DNA from: a virus
Virus record (IMG/VR): IMGVR_UViG_3300044846_003008
Strand: one strand, 5' to 3'
Length of the DNA stretch: 64,000 nucleotides
How positions within the stretch are numbered: position 1 is the first letter of the stretch; the number at the start of each line of letters is the position of its first letter. The position numbers and the translations under genes are program-made. Shown in pieces: positions 38,714 to 50,600 of this stretch. The notes under the pieces were generated by a model. It saw only the letters and a list, made by a program, of their open reading frames with translations. It did no database searches and was not told where the DNA came from.

Positions 38714-40108
38714 TTAATTATTGTTTTTCTTTTTTTGTTCTTCTCTCTCTTTTCGTTTATCCAACAACTCACGAACTTTATCACGTTGTTTTTGCTCGTT
38801 TTGTTCTTCAAGACCTAAGAATGTTACTGACGTTTCAGTATCAATGTCTAACATTCCGTTATCAAATTTACAATTCTCAAAAACAACACCATCGTCACCG
38901 ATACGTGATTTTGTAATTGCAATAGTCGCCAATTTCATTTCTTTCTGTTGTAATGACTTAGCAACAGAAATAATAACGTGACCAACTTGAGCCTTTTTAA
39001 TTGAACCCCCCATTTGGTCAGTTGTTACAACTTCAGACGAAATTGAACTTCTATTACCTTGAGTTGCGGTCCAACCAACTAAATTTAATTCGTGACACAT
39101 CGCTTCGAATGCTCTCATTACAGAACCTTCAGACTTCCATTCGTCACCCAAATTCTTATCAGGTAATACACAATCAATATAATCTAATGAAATCATATCA
39201 ACCTTAATACCATCAGCAATCATTTTTCTGACTTGGTTCTTGATTTGTAACATTGTTATCGTATCAGACGGAAGTTTCTTTAAAATTAACTGATTCGGCA
39301 TTGTTGTCTTAATCTCGTTAACTTTAAGTAAAACCTCATCTTTACGAGTTGTTAACTCATCAGGATGTATCTTAGTCCACAAAGTTATGTGTTTTCTTTG
39401 AATAATCTTAGGATTATCTTCAAAAAATAATTGTAATACGTTATACCCAAGGTTAAACGCGTGATTTGTGATTTTAGTCATCAATGTAGTTTTACCCACA
39501 CCTGTTGGTGCTAATACAACTCCGATTTCACCTTTAGCTAAACCCCCTTTTAAGAGCTTATCTATTCCTGAAATACCCATTGGTATAGGATGTCTATAAT
39601 CCTCATCTAAGACCTCTTCTAAATTAGAGAAAACGTTGGTCATACCATCTTCTCTTTCTCCAACTTGTAATGCCGTTCTAACTAATTGTTCGACTTTATC
39701 GTAGTTTTCAAATTCCCCACCATCAATGATTTTTTGAGCTTTGTTCATCACTTTCTGTAACTCTTGTTGTTTACAGAATTTCATCGCTTTTTCTTGAACG
39801 AAGTCACCTCCTTCGATTGGTGCGTCTTTTATTTTACTAATAGTATCTATAACAATTTTAGACGCAGTTTCTTGTTGTAATTCCGATTTTGTAATTTGTT
39901 CCAACGTATCGAAAGTTGGAACGTGTTCGTATTTTGAATAATATTCTCTAATCATTTGGATGATTAGTTTGAAATATTTATTCTCAAAATAATTGACTTC
40001 AATCACGTCGATAATAGACCTTGCGAAATCTTTATCGACGATGATTTGGTTTAATAATTGTAGCTGAAAACCACTACCTAAGTACTCGAAATTTTTATTT
40101 GAACTCAT
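38714..40108 (-). CDS. DnaB-family replicative helicase (T4 gp41-like)
   Basis: Walker [14 protein letters not shown] and WTATQGNR. Confidence 0.92.
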   Translation of the reverse strand: MSSNKNFEYLGSGFQLQLLNQIIVDKDFARSIIDVIEVNYFENKYFKLIIQMIREYYSKYEHVPTFDTLEQITKSELQQETASKIVIDTISKIKDAPIEGGDFVQEKAMKFCKQQELQKVMNKAQKIIDGGEFENYDKVEQLVRTALQVGEREDGMTNVFSNLEEVLDEDYRHPIPMGISGIDKLLKGGLAKGEIGVVLAPTGVGKTTLMTKITNHAFNLGYNVLQLFFEDNPKIIQRKHITLWTKIHPDELTTRKDEVLLKVNEIKTTMPNQLILKKLPSDTITMLQIKNQVRKMIADGIKVDMISLDYIDCVLPDKNLGDEWKSEGSVMRAFEAMCHELNLVGWTATQGNRSSISSEVVTTDQMGGSIKKAQVGHVIISVAKSLQQKEMKLATIAITKSRIGDDGVVFENCKFDNGMLDIDTETSVTFLGLEEQNEQKQRDKVRELLDKRKEREEQKKKNNN

Positions 40109-40135
40109 ATTTTAAAATTGATTTATAAATAAATA

Positions 40136-40591
40136 TTACGCGTCTAGACTAACATTAAAATATTCGTAAGATAAATTTTCTGATGAAAAAATGTCAGTTA
40201 ATGACATAAGTAAGTTTTTTAGGTGTGGACGTACATCCACAGTGTATCTTATTTTTGGAGGGTAGATTTTAGCGTCGATTTGACGATTAAAAATAATTGA
40301 ATCTCCTTGTTTAATGTACACATTGAAGTATTCAGGTCCATCAGTATATGATGTATCTAAAACTGTTGGGTTGTTAGAAATCTCGTACATATTGTCCATC
40401 ATATATGTTACGGTTTTCATTTTTAACTGATGTTCTAAATCAGATTTAAAATCCTTAATTAAATCATATAGGTCACTTGAATTTTTAGCTTTAGGATTGA
40501 AATCCTTAACATTAAAAAAACGTTGTACGATAATGTTATCATTTACCGTCATTAAAAATTCTAACTTTGTTGATTCGTGTTGTTCTCTCAT
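40136..40591 (-). CDS. Hypothetical protein in the replication operon
   Basis: 151-aa ORF tightly packed between exonuclease and helicase. Confidence 0.75.
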   Translation of the reverse strand: MREQHESTKLEFLMTVNDNIIVQRFFNVKDFNPKAKNSSDLYDLIKDFKSDLEHQLKMKTVTYMMDNMYEISNNPTVLDTSYTDGPEYFNVYIKQGDSIIFNRQIDAKIYPPKIRYTVDVRPHLKNLLMSLTDIFSSENLSYEYFNVSLDA

Positions 40592-40595
40592 AATT

Positions 40596-41597
40596 TTATT
40601 TATTAAACTTTCTTTTTTCTTTTCTTGTTAATTTTAAAAAGGGTGTTAAAAAATTCACCCAAGCATTGTCACCTTTCGGTAGGAACTTGAAGAATCCATC
40701 TTCCATCATCAATTTGATAACATTCCTATGACCTCGACCATCAGGGTCTAAGGTTTCTGAGTAATATTCGTTTACTATGTTTTTCCCATCTTCAGTTATT
40801 AAAGGGTTTGACAAATCTACAATTTTTTCGTTAATCACAAAAAATTCATCACCATAAATCCCACTCTTAGTTTTACCCGTTAAAAGATTCTGTAACACCT
40901 TGTTATCTTTATCTTCTTTGTGTAGGATTTCTGCCTTCTCTAAAATATCGGTGAATTTTACTTCTCGGTCAAGTAGCTCAGGAAATAATTTCGCCAAGGT
41001 CTTATCCCCAAGGTAATAGATACCATCAATATTATCCGATTTATCACCGGCTATAATCTTGTAAGTCTTAACGTTATAGTGAGGAATTTCAATATCCTTA
41101 AACTTAATAGTGTCACCAAGTTTGTAATATTGTTTTAAATCAGGTAAATAAACTCTTACCTTATCCGAAATCAATTGAGTTAAATCACGGTCACCTGAGA
41201 ATATTGTTTTATCTTCATCAGGTGAGATTTGACAATAGTAAGCAATCAAATCATCAGCTTCGTTATTATCGACCAACACCTGTCTTATAAACAACTCTTC
41301 CAAGTATTGTTTAACACGTTCCTTTTGTTCGGTAATAGAATCTTCTTTGGTTAAATCAAAAGGGGTCTTTCGATTCGCTTTGTATTGGGGGTATAATATT
41401 TTTCGTGATAATGAATTTTCATCACCATCCCAAAATACAACAACTTTATCGAAGTTTTCAGTATCAATAAATCGTCGTAGTGTGTTTATAAAGTGCCACA
41501 CTCCACCTATGTGTTTTCCGGAGTGAAAGAAATCTTTCACCCCGTGAACACCAATTTTAATTAGGTTGTTTCCATCAACCAATAAGGTTTTAGTCAT
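40596..41597 (-). CDS. 5'-3' exonuclease / flap endonuclease (PolA N-domain, T4 RNase H-like)
   Basis: LLVDGNN, YKANR, EADDLIA, SGDRDLTQL and GDKSDNIDG..LG.KT. Confidence 0.93.
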   Translation of the reverse strand: MTKTLLVDGNNLIKIGVHGVKDFFHSGKHIGGVWHFINTLRRFIDTENFDKVVVFWDGDENSLSRKILYPQYKANRKTPFDLTKEDSITEQKERVKQYLEELFIRQVLVDNNEADDLIAYYCQISPDEDKTIFSGDRDLTQLISDKVRVYLPDLKQYYKLGDTIKFKDIEIPHYNVKTYKIIAGDKSDNIDGIYYLGDKTLAKLFPELLDREVKFTDILEKAEILHKEDKDNKVLQNLLTGKTKSGIYGDEFFVINEKIVDLSNPLITEDGKNIVNEYYSETLDPDGRGHRNVIKLMMEDGFFKFLPKGDNAWVNFLTPFLKLTRKEKRKFNK

Positions 41598-41622
41598 TTT
41601 TTACCATTAAATGGTTCTACAA

Positions 41623-42624
41623 TCATTCTTCGAATTCTTCTTCCTCTGTTGGGACAAATACTTCACTAAGTTTAAAGTCACCCTCACCACCTAATTTCTT
41701 ATTCCAATAATCAGAAAATTCTTTTTTGTATTTCTCAATCGCCGATTTATCATCTTTGATGTAACCTTGAGGAACCGCTAATATTTTACCATCTTTATAT
41801 GATAATCCATTTACGTGATTCTTCAATATTGAGATTTTTGTTCTTGTCGCATAAACAACAGTTCTACCATTTTTAGTTGCGGTAATGTGATTAATACCGG
41901 CTTTCTTCTGATTACCAAATAAGAACACCAATGAAGATGCTAACCATATCGCCTCACCACCTTTTGCTTTAATCTCAGGTTGTCCAAATGGATTGTCAGG
42001 TAATTCAACCCAAGGTTGATTAATAACCACCATACTCGCCCAATATGGAACATCCTCTTTTTTGGTTTTAGATATTCTTGCAGAGATACCCATACCAATT
42101 TTATCTGCAAATGTTGCCGCGTTATGTTGTTTACCACCTTTACCGTCAAATGTCATTTTACAAGGAATTGACCCAACAGAATCCCATAAGAATACAATGT
42201 TGTAAGGTATTTCTCCTTTGTCTTGAGCATCCAAAATTTGATTAATGAAGTCAGTTGCTTGTTCAATATAGTCGAAACTATCATTGAAAATAAAATTACC
42301 ATCCCATTCACCATCAGAGTTTTGTTCCGCTTGAAGTCCCAATTCAACTGCGTGTTCCCAATTCCATTTTCTTTCCGTAATAACGAAAACAGGTAAATCA
42401 CCTTGTTTTTGTGCGTTTGCCGCCGCCAAAATCATCGCCGTTGTTTTTGACGAGTTTGAGTGACCTAAGAACATATTAATGTGTCCTTTACTTGGCCCAG
42501 GTAGACCACAAGCCTCAGCGAACTCTTCACCACAATCGTAAAAACTATCAGGTTTATATTTTGTTTTGGTTGAAAACTTACCTTTGATTGATTCTAATGA
42601 AAAATCTTTTTTCTTTACTGCCAT
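41623..42624 (-). CDS. RecA/UvsX-like recombinase
   Basis: GHSNSSKTT (variant Walker A), VFVITE, FLWDSVG, VVINQ, KGGEA and ILKNH. Confidence 0.85.
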   Translation of the reverse strand: MAVKKKDFSLESIKGKFSTKTKYKPDSFYDCGEEFAEACGLPGPSKGHINMFLGHSNSSKTTAMILAAANAQKQGDLPVFVITERKWNWEHAVELGLQAEQNSDGEWDGNFIFNDSFDYIEQATDFINQILDAQDKGEIPYNIVFLWDSVGSIPCKMTFDGKGGKQHNAATFADKIGMGISARISKTKKEDVPYWASMVVINQPWVELPDNPFGQPEIKAKGGEAIWLASSLVFLFGNQKKAGINHITATKNGRTVVYATRTKISILKNHVNGLSYKDGKILAVPQGYIKDDKSAIEKYKKEFSDYWNKKLGGEGDFKLSEVFVPTEEEEFEE

Positions 42625-42648
42625 ATATTGTGTTTTTAAATAAAAGAT

Positions 42649-42681
42649 AAAAAAAGGTAGTGACTTTGTAAATCACTACCT
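42649..42681 (-). terminator. Intrinsic terminator after the SSB gene
   Basis: AGGTAGTGA/TCACTACCT stem followed by a U-tract on the minus strand. Confidence 0.75.
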
Positions 42682-42696
42682 ATCTATAGGTTCGTT

Positions 42697-43560
42697 TTAG
42701 AATGGTAAATCTTCGTCTACCTCAGCATTAACCTGTGGGTCAACAATTACAGGTTTAGACTCATTCTTTGGTTTTGAACCACCAAATGATTCTTCTGCCG
42801 ATGTTGCGTCACCGTAAACGTATTTACCTTGGTCATTATCCCATTTAGGAGTTTCACCACGAGCAATCGCTTCTAAGTATTCAACAGGTTTTTTAGAATA
42901 AACATCTTTCCAAGTTAACTCATCATTAGCCCAAGAGTTTTTAGTATCAACATCTTCGTGTAATGTAGTTGGGTCATCATACATAACTGTTTGAATAACC
43001 GTATATTCTTTACCTTGGTTAGTTTTTGCCTTAGTCATTTCAAGGATAAGGTCTCTACCTTTTTCAGCATCGGTGATATCACCTTTGTTTCTCCAAATTG
43101 GAATGATTTTGTCCAAGATACCCTCATTTTTGTAGTTGTGTTTAAATCTCCAAAATTTAGGACCATCCTCTTCTTTATCACGGTCAATAACTTTTACAAT
43201 GTAAAATTTACGTGATTTGTAGTTTTTTGCAAGTTCCTTGTCGCCATCAATTAACAACTCTTCGTGAACTTCGTTCAAAGGTGAACGTTCATTGTCGTTC
43301 ATACCAGGGTCATACAATTTAATCCATTTCCCGTCGATAAACATTTCGTGGAACCACACTTCCACAAATGGTGAAGAACCATCAGGTGTTGGGAGAATTC
43401 TTAATCTCTTAGAACCTTGTTTCTCATTATCTTTCAAGATAGCCGCGAAATATTTTTTCATTCGCTCGTCTTGACTCATTTTGTTACTGTTAGAAGGGTA
43501 ACCACCTTGTTGTGCTTTCTCGTATTGAGCTAACACTGAATCTAATGTACTTGTCGCCAT
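42697..43560 (-). CDS. Single-stranded DNA-binding protein (T4 gp32-like)
   Basis: LRILP, PFVEVWFH, KVIDRD, GRDLIL and an acidic C-terminus DEDLPF. Confidence 0.85.
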   Translation of the reverse strand: MATSTLDSVLAQYEKAQQGGYPSNSNKMSQDERMKKYFAAILKDNEKQGSKRLRILPTPDGSSPFVEVWFHEMFIDGKWIKLYDPGMNDNERSPLNEVHEELLIDGDKELAKNYKSRKFYIVKVIDRDKEEDGPKFWRFKHNYKNEGILDKIIPIWRNKGDITDAEKGRDLILEMTKAKTNQGKEYTVIQTVMYDDPTTLHEDVDTKNSWANDELTWKDVYSKKPVEYLEAIARGETPKWDNDQGKYVYGDATSAEESFGGSKPKNESKPVIVDPQVNAEVDEDLPF

Positions 43561-43585
43561 AAAATTTAGTTTATTTGTTTATTAA

Positions 43586-43614
43586 AGTATAAGTCCGCCT
43601 TGTTGTATTGTCAA
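43586..43614 (-). promoter_or_regulatory. Near-consensus sigma70-type promoter driving the replication block
   Basis: TTGACA-N17-TATACT upstream of the SSB gene. Confidence 0.75.
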
Positions 43615-43624
43615 ATTTTTTAGG

Positions 43625-43655
43625 AAAAAAAACTTGTCTTTTTTTAAGACAAGTT
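43625..43655 (-). terminator. Intrinsic terminator
   Basis: AACTTGTCTT/AAGACAAGTT 10-bp stem with a U-tract on the minus strand. Confidence 0.75.
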
Positions 43656-43675
43656 CATTTCCAATGTATTATCTA

Positions 43676-44368
43676 TTAAAAATTATTCTTGTAACCTTCC
43701 TCATCATCAAAGTCTCTAAAAGTCTTTTGAATTTCGTTAGGTGAAAAATCTTTAACCTCATCCGTAGTTAAAATATATTCGTTTTTACCTGATTTTTCCA
43801 TATCTTCTTGTTTATCAATAAAGAAATCGGAAAGTTTTTGATTATAAGGTCCTGAATCTAAACTTCTTAACTCTAATTTTTCTTGTGGTGTTTTTTCACG
43901 ATATTTATCGACTTTAGCCTCAAGACTATTTAGTTGGTTCACAATATTATCCATTTCACCTAATTTACTTTCCAAATTTTCTAAGTGAGAAAATAATTGT
44001 TGGAAGTATTCTTCTTGTTTCTCCTCAACATTCTTTTGAGATTTAACCAAATCAGTAATGTCAAGTTCTTCTTTACCTGACTCATCACCAACTTTTTCAA
44101 CATCAGGGTCAGCTTCCACATCAACAGGTGCTGGTTCAGTACCAGGTGCCGGTGGTGGAGTCGCTCCCGCAGCCGCAGGGTCAACAGGAGGTGCTCCCGC
44201 TAAAGGGTCCGCAGGTGCTCCCGCCAATGGGTCAGCAGGGGCACCCGCTAATGGGTCTTCTGCCGGTGGTGGTGGTAACTCTTGTTCATTAATGTATTTA
44301 TTAATAGAGTTAAATCGAGACAATTCTTCTAAAATTTTTTTATCAATATTCATAGTTTTGTTATCCAT
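43676..44368 (-). CDS. Acidic Pro-rich coiled-coil protein (possible head scaffold/internal protein); alternative start at 44353
   Basis: Three DPLAGAP repeats, coiled-coil segment, very acidic. Confidence 0.75.
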   Translation of the reverse strand: MDNKTMNIDKKILEELSRFNSINKYINEQELPPPPAEDPLAGAPADPLAGAPADPLAGAPPVDPAAAGATPPPAPGTEPAPVDVEADPDVEKVGDESGKEELDITDLVKSQKNVEEKQEEYFQQLFSHLENLESKLGEMDNIVNQLNSLEAKVDKYREKTPQEKLELRSLDSGPYNQKLSDFFIDKQEDMEKSGKNEYILTTDEVKDFSPNEIQKTFRDFDDEEGYKNNF

Positions 44369-44585
44369 TTAATAATTGTTTAACACCTGAACGTGTCTCA
44401 ACTTGTATTTTTTTATTTGTACTCATTGTGTTGTCAACTCTTTCAATTAGACCATCTTTCATTCTAATTGTATAACAATCACCTGTATCTAAATCACAAA
44501 CTTCTTTAAATCCGTTACCGGCATCTTTTTCAGTGTGACGGGTACTTTTACCCAAATAGTTATCTAAGATTAATTTAGTGTTCAT
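44361..44585 (-). CDS. Small hypothetical protein
   Basis: 74 aa, EVCDLDTGDCY; preceded by the TATTTAT motif. Confidence 0.75.
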   Translation of the reverse strand: MNTKLILDNYLGKSTRHTEKDAGNGFKEVCDLDTGDCYTIRMKDGLIERVDNTMSTNKKIQVETRSGVKQLLNG

Positions 44586-44635
44586 AATAATATGTTTATA
44601 TATAAATATCTTTAATTGTGAAAAAAATGTTTATA

Positions 44636-47600
44636 TCAAATATTAACCGAATTAAATAATTTAATATTATCGGTAACTTTACTAACAATATTATCTCTAT
44701 CAGTCTGACTCATTGACATCCAATTCGCCATTTCAACATCTGATGAGTTTGGTAAACGATTCACAAACCAAAACTCAGCAATTGACGGAGCAATTTTACC
44801 ATCACTATTTGGTTTAACGGTTGACATTCTAGTTTTAAATCTATTAATTAACATATCAATATTTTTATCAACCGAACTAAACGACGCATAAGGTAATAAT
44901 GTTGACCCACCACTTTTCATACAATAAAAAACAGGTTCAAAAGATTTAATAATTCCCCAATCCCTTGATAAATCAACACCGGATAAATTATTTAAAAACC
45001 CCCTTCCAATATTATTTAACATAATAGATGAGAATACCACAAATTTCAATTTACCATCATCAGGTACATTTGCGTTTGCCATTCTTGACATTATTTTAGT
45101 TACTAAATCTTTTGTGGTAATTAAAGTCTCTTCAGGTTCATCAACAGGTGTGTATTTTTTATATTTTTCAAATAATAAATCAGAACAACTATTTGATGGT
45201 TCTATCGTTTTATCTTTACTTGTTGATGCGACCGCATTTGACGTTTGATTCTGTGTTGTTCCTCCTGTTGAATTCGCCAACGTTTTAGTTGCGTCAGTAT
45301 CTGACTTCTGTTTGTTTTTCTCAACAATTGATGCTAATAGATTAGCTTTCAATGATTGGATATAATTATCAATTTTAGGTAACGAAGCCGTCGGTTGTCT
45401 AATACCCTCAACAATTGTTTCAAAAGTACCTGGTCCAATTGTATGGTTAACCGATGTTATCATATACGGACCATAGAACATTGGAACGTGTCTTAAATTG
45501 AAATACATTGTTGGTTGTATCAACGCATTCCCCATCATTGATATTGTACAAGTATAACTTCTATTCTTATATAGATTATAAAGTGAAATATTCTGACTTG
45601 CGGCTGCTTTACCTGAAGATTGATTCGCCATTTGATTCTCCACCTCTAACGATTCCGCAGTTGCTTTACCATTTTGTTGGGAAACATTAAACCCATAAAA
45701 TATAGATTGGTTTTGTGGTCCAATATCAACATTAAACCCAACAACTTTGTTTGATTTATCCCAATCTTTTTTACCTATCTGATTTTCCAATAATGGATTA
45801 TCACTAGATTTTCTAATATCAAAGGCATCATCCCTAAACTTAAAATCAACATTTTTAATAGCAACAGTCTCACTCGGTTTACCCGCGTAAGTACAAACCA
45901 TTTTTGCTGAAGAATCACGAGTATCCACATTCATAAATGTACCAAATAATGTATTGGCAAATTCTGTAGTTCCTTCAGGTCTTGGATTTGCGTTTTTAAC
46001 GGCATCTTGTACGTTATAAAAGTTCACATACGCCGGTAAATTCATTACCACAAAATTGTTCTCCATTAATATGGATTCAACAAATGATAACATATCAACT
46101 TTAGTTCCTTCGTGAAATAATGTATCTAACCTACTTTTTAATTTATAGATATCAACTAATATTTTATCACCAATATTTCTACTAGCCCTATCAAGTAATA
46201 ATACATCCTCAAAATATGTCTTAGTCTTTAAATCCGCACCCGCAATCCATTTGTCATTTAAGGATTTAAAACTATCCCAATAATCAAGTTTACCCTGAGA
46301 ACCATTAAGTACTGAATCAACAATCGGTTGTGGTGTATTATTAACATCAGGTAAAATTACTTGTAATCGTAACATTAAATTATTCAACACCCTGTCTTGA
46401 AATTTACTTGATGATTGTATGTAATCATCCATTAATTTTTTGAAATTAACTTCATTAAAGTTTGATTTAGATACCGGTGTTGTTATTAATTTTTTAGACC
46501 TAATTTTTTTAGAGACTATCGGGTTTTCTTGAATCCCTAAAGGACCGTAATGTACGACAATTAATTCGTCGAACAATTTTAAATCATCAGGCTCTAACGA
46601 AGAAGGTAATGAATCCACAACATTTTTGTCAGGTGCAAATAAGATAGCCGTTTTCTTAGGTCCTGGTCCTAAAAATATCTCAATTTTATTACCATCCTGT
46701 AATATCGCATATGAATTTTTATTTTCTGTTGTTGGGGGTAACGCAGTGTTATCCAACGATTCACTTAATTTTTGAGACGCATAAATTTTAATAATTGGTG
46801 CGAATGTTTTTATATTAGTATCGGTAAACGCAACATTAAAGTCCAAAAAGAAATCAGTGATAAACGAACCGTTATTTGAATACATTAATTGATTAATATC
46901 GGAATACCCAACATAAGTTTCCAAAACCTTCCATTCGTTAGGGTAGTTGGCCTTTGACGCCGCTAATGTCACCGACCCACCATTAGAAGGTAAAGCATTC
47001 GGTGTTGTTGAAACATACTTATCCCAAGTATAAGAATCAGTTAAACTATAGTTAGAAAACGTATAGAATAACCTTTTATCAAAATTTGATGGGTTACCAT
47101 ATTTCACATACATATTAGTATCCAAGAATTTTTTGATAGTATTATTAATATTGTCAAATTGTTGTAATTGGATGTTCTCAACCAACTCAGTTGGTGTTGT
47201 ACCTGTTTGTGTTGGGGTACTCATCATACTAATCATTAGTTTCTGAAAATTCATTCCATAATCAACATTCTCATCAATGTCGTATTGTGATTTACAAAAA
47301 TCTAAAAACTTAGTTTCAAACATATCCAATATATCGGTTTCAAAAACTGAAAAGATTTCACTGATTTCCGAATAACTATTTAATCCACCTTTGATTGAGA
47401 AATTTTCTTGATTTGTACTACCCGTTAAAATTTGTTTTAAATAATTTGTCGGACTTGGTTTCATTACTCGACCACTATCAAAATACCCGTAAGTTGGTGC
47501 CGCCCAAAATGTTCTAACAGAACCGTTATACATCGCAGTATTACCTGTCACCTCAACTCTTAAATCACCGTATTGGAAACACTCTTCTTGAGTTTGATTT

Positions 47601-50600
47601 TTAATCACCCCCATAGATGGCATTGGGAATATATTTGCCCCATCATCTGATTCAACAAATACTGTCCAAGGATTAATCCTTAAATCCCTATTAATATTAT
47701 TAGCATCAAACGTTTTAACACCCGTAATTGACGCACTATCAACATATTGTAATGAAACACCGTAATCATTCACACCATTCTGAATGTCACCATTAGTATA
47801 TCCTGAAAAAACATTATATCCTTGATAAAACACATTGAAGTCGTTAATAACTTTAGGATAAAATCCTGTGTTAATTAATGTTGTCGTGTCAGTACCAAAT
47901 GTACTAGTTTTTTCTAAAACAATATCTATAGTTCCTCCATTAACTGAGAAAGTATAGTTTTTAGTTTTTGCTGATGTTACAGGGTCGAAATTGGTAACAT
48001 AATCAAAATTTTTCCAAGCATTATCTAAAATATCAACACCATCATTTACGTATCGTTTATAACGATGCCAAACTGAACCTAACTTAACAATCCAAGCATA
48101 AGGTAACTTATGTAGTGCTCCGAATTTTTTCAATCCCGCAAAAATATAATCAAGGTCTAAGGTTGTTCCCGCATCATATTTACGATTTCGTTCTCTTAAT
48201 GTCGCTAATGGTAAACTATTCAAAAATAGATACGCCGCAGAGACATAAGGTGTCTTATCATAATTTCTAAAATTTAACACCCCCTCTTGGATTGAGTTCA
48301 CAAAATAAGGTGTGTTTAACATAGATATTGTTTGTTTTGAATCAACATATCCACTATAATTGGCATAATATAAATCACCCTCAGTTATGATTTGATTTTC
48401 AGGTTTTCTGTTACTATAAAAATCTTTAAATGTCGCACTATCTTCAGGTGCCGGTGTCGTAATCGTCCCCATATGAACAAAGTTCGTGATTGGGTAAGAC
48501 GAATCATTTATTGTAAAACTTGTGATTGTTTTATATTGTTTATCAAACGATAAAGTTTTTGTTGTATTAAATGCGTCACGACTTAACGATATTGAACCAC
48601 CATTCGATAAATTATTCTTACACCAAGTAGTATCAATAAATGGGTAAGTATCTAAAACATCAAACGAATTACTTGTTGTTGACCCGGTTAAATAATCAAT
48701 GAATGAATCCTCTTTACTTAAACTTATCATAGGTTTAGATAATGGATTCTCCATAACTTCCTCATCAATAAATAAAAAGTTATCAGATTGTGATAGTTGT
48801 TTAATATAAGGTGTATTGTAGATACCTCGGATATAATTTTGCCAGCTAACACCAACACCCTGATTAGACATATGTTCTAACACTTGGATAAAGTTTTGAG
48901 AATTTAATGAGTATTCTTTTAATTTTTTGATTAAAAATGGATTATCATTTGACAAACTTTCTTTAATATTAATAACCTCACTTTCAGCAATTAAATTTGC
49001 AGTACTATCCGCGGCTGATACAAAACTATTGGTTCTGTTTAACCTTGAATAGTTTGTTAAGAAAATAATTCTTTCCAATAATTCGTAGAAAAATTTAACC
49101 TCCTCTTTATTTTGGAACACCGTGTTAGAGATTGGGAATTCAATTGCGTTTAAAGTAATTCTATTAACATCGGTTACTTCATTAAACTTTGGTGACGCTA
49201 ATTGAGGTTCTGACGCTCTCGCAGTATACCCTTTCATAAACTCCTCAACAAACTCAATTTCAGGCCACACATTTAATAAATGACCATTTGTTACTCCGAC
49301 AACATCATTGTCACCAGGATATCTATGTTCAAATTTTTCGTGACCATCTTCACCACTTGTAGTTATCATATAAGTCGGCCAAGGATATACAGGTAGTAAA
49401 TTATTAACACCCGAACTAAGATTATCAGGGTTAGCATTCGAAACAGTATTCTCAAATATTGGTTTTTTTCTCAAAGGATTTAATCGTTCTTCCCAAGCAG
49501 TTGAGTGAACATCATCCATTAAACGTAGAAACGCTTCACCATTGGCAAAAATCACCGCAAGAACATTTCTAATATTAGGAACAAACCCAATACCATTATC
49601 ACTACTTTGTAATAATTTAGCCAACGCATTAGTTAAATCATCTTGTATTTTTTCTCTCCATTTACTTACATCCGCAGCAATTTGTTCAATCTTGTCATTA
49701 AAACTATTTTTACCCTGAAAATAAAACCAATCAAATTTTGGTACAGGATTACCATCTTTAAGAACTATGGTTTGGTCATTTAAATATTTTTTAGCAACTA
49801 ATTCCGCTTGGAATTTAGTCAACTCTTCATTACTCGGCTCTGTTTTAGACCCTTTAACTTGTCGATAGGTCTCTTTTAAGTTTAATTGTTTTTCAGTAAA
49901 TGATATTTCAAAAATACTTTCTTTAATGTTTACAGGTATACTAGAATTGGTTGTCTTACCATCAATAGTGTATTTACCTTCAACACCTAATGTTTCATTT
50001 AAAGATAATATTTTATTACATTCCGTAACAATCTTTTTTAATTCGGTTATTGCGTTATTTCTTTCATTTGGTGTAAATTCAGGTTTAAAGGTGTAAATTT
50101 TAAGAGTATTTGATTGACCTGTAGCCGTTTTAACTATTGTTGTTGATGTACCATTAGTTAACGAATTTAAATTACCCGACACCGGATTATCAATTATTAA
50201 AAAATTGACTTTATCCATATACTTGTCAACCCAACACACTTTATCATATAGAAAAATTTGGCTTTTATAATCATTCAGTTTCTTTTGATATTCCTCAACT
50301 TTAGTTAATGGGTCCATATTTTGTTTAGTAAATGAATCCAAAATATTTTTGATAAAATTCTCAAGATTGTTTCTCATTCTAGCAATGGTCAACTCAGGAA
50401 AATCATCAGGAATCATTCCTTTTGTTTTATACTCAGTATAGACTTCCTTAATTTTCCCATAACCTTTCGTCGCAATAACATCATTAACTTCTGTTAAATT
50501 ACCAGGTCCACCTGTTGTTGGTTTCACCGAGTATCTTGAGGTATACATATGTGGAACTGCCAATAAATAACCCATTGACACTTCAGCTATCGCACTAAAT

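Noticed and set aside
35331-42624. Inteins, introns or homing endonucleases in nrdA, nrdB, helicase or recA
   Set aside because: Lengths and motif spacing are normal and no insertions were seen.
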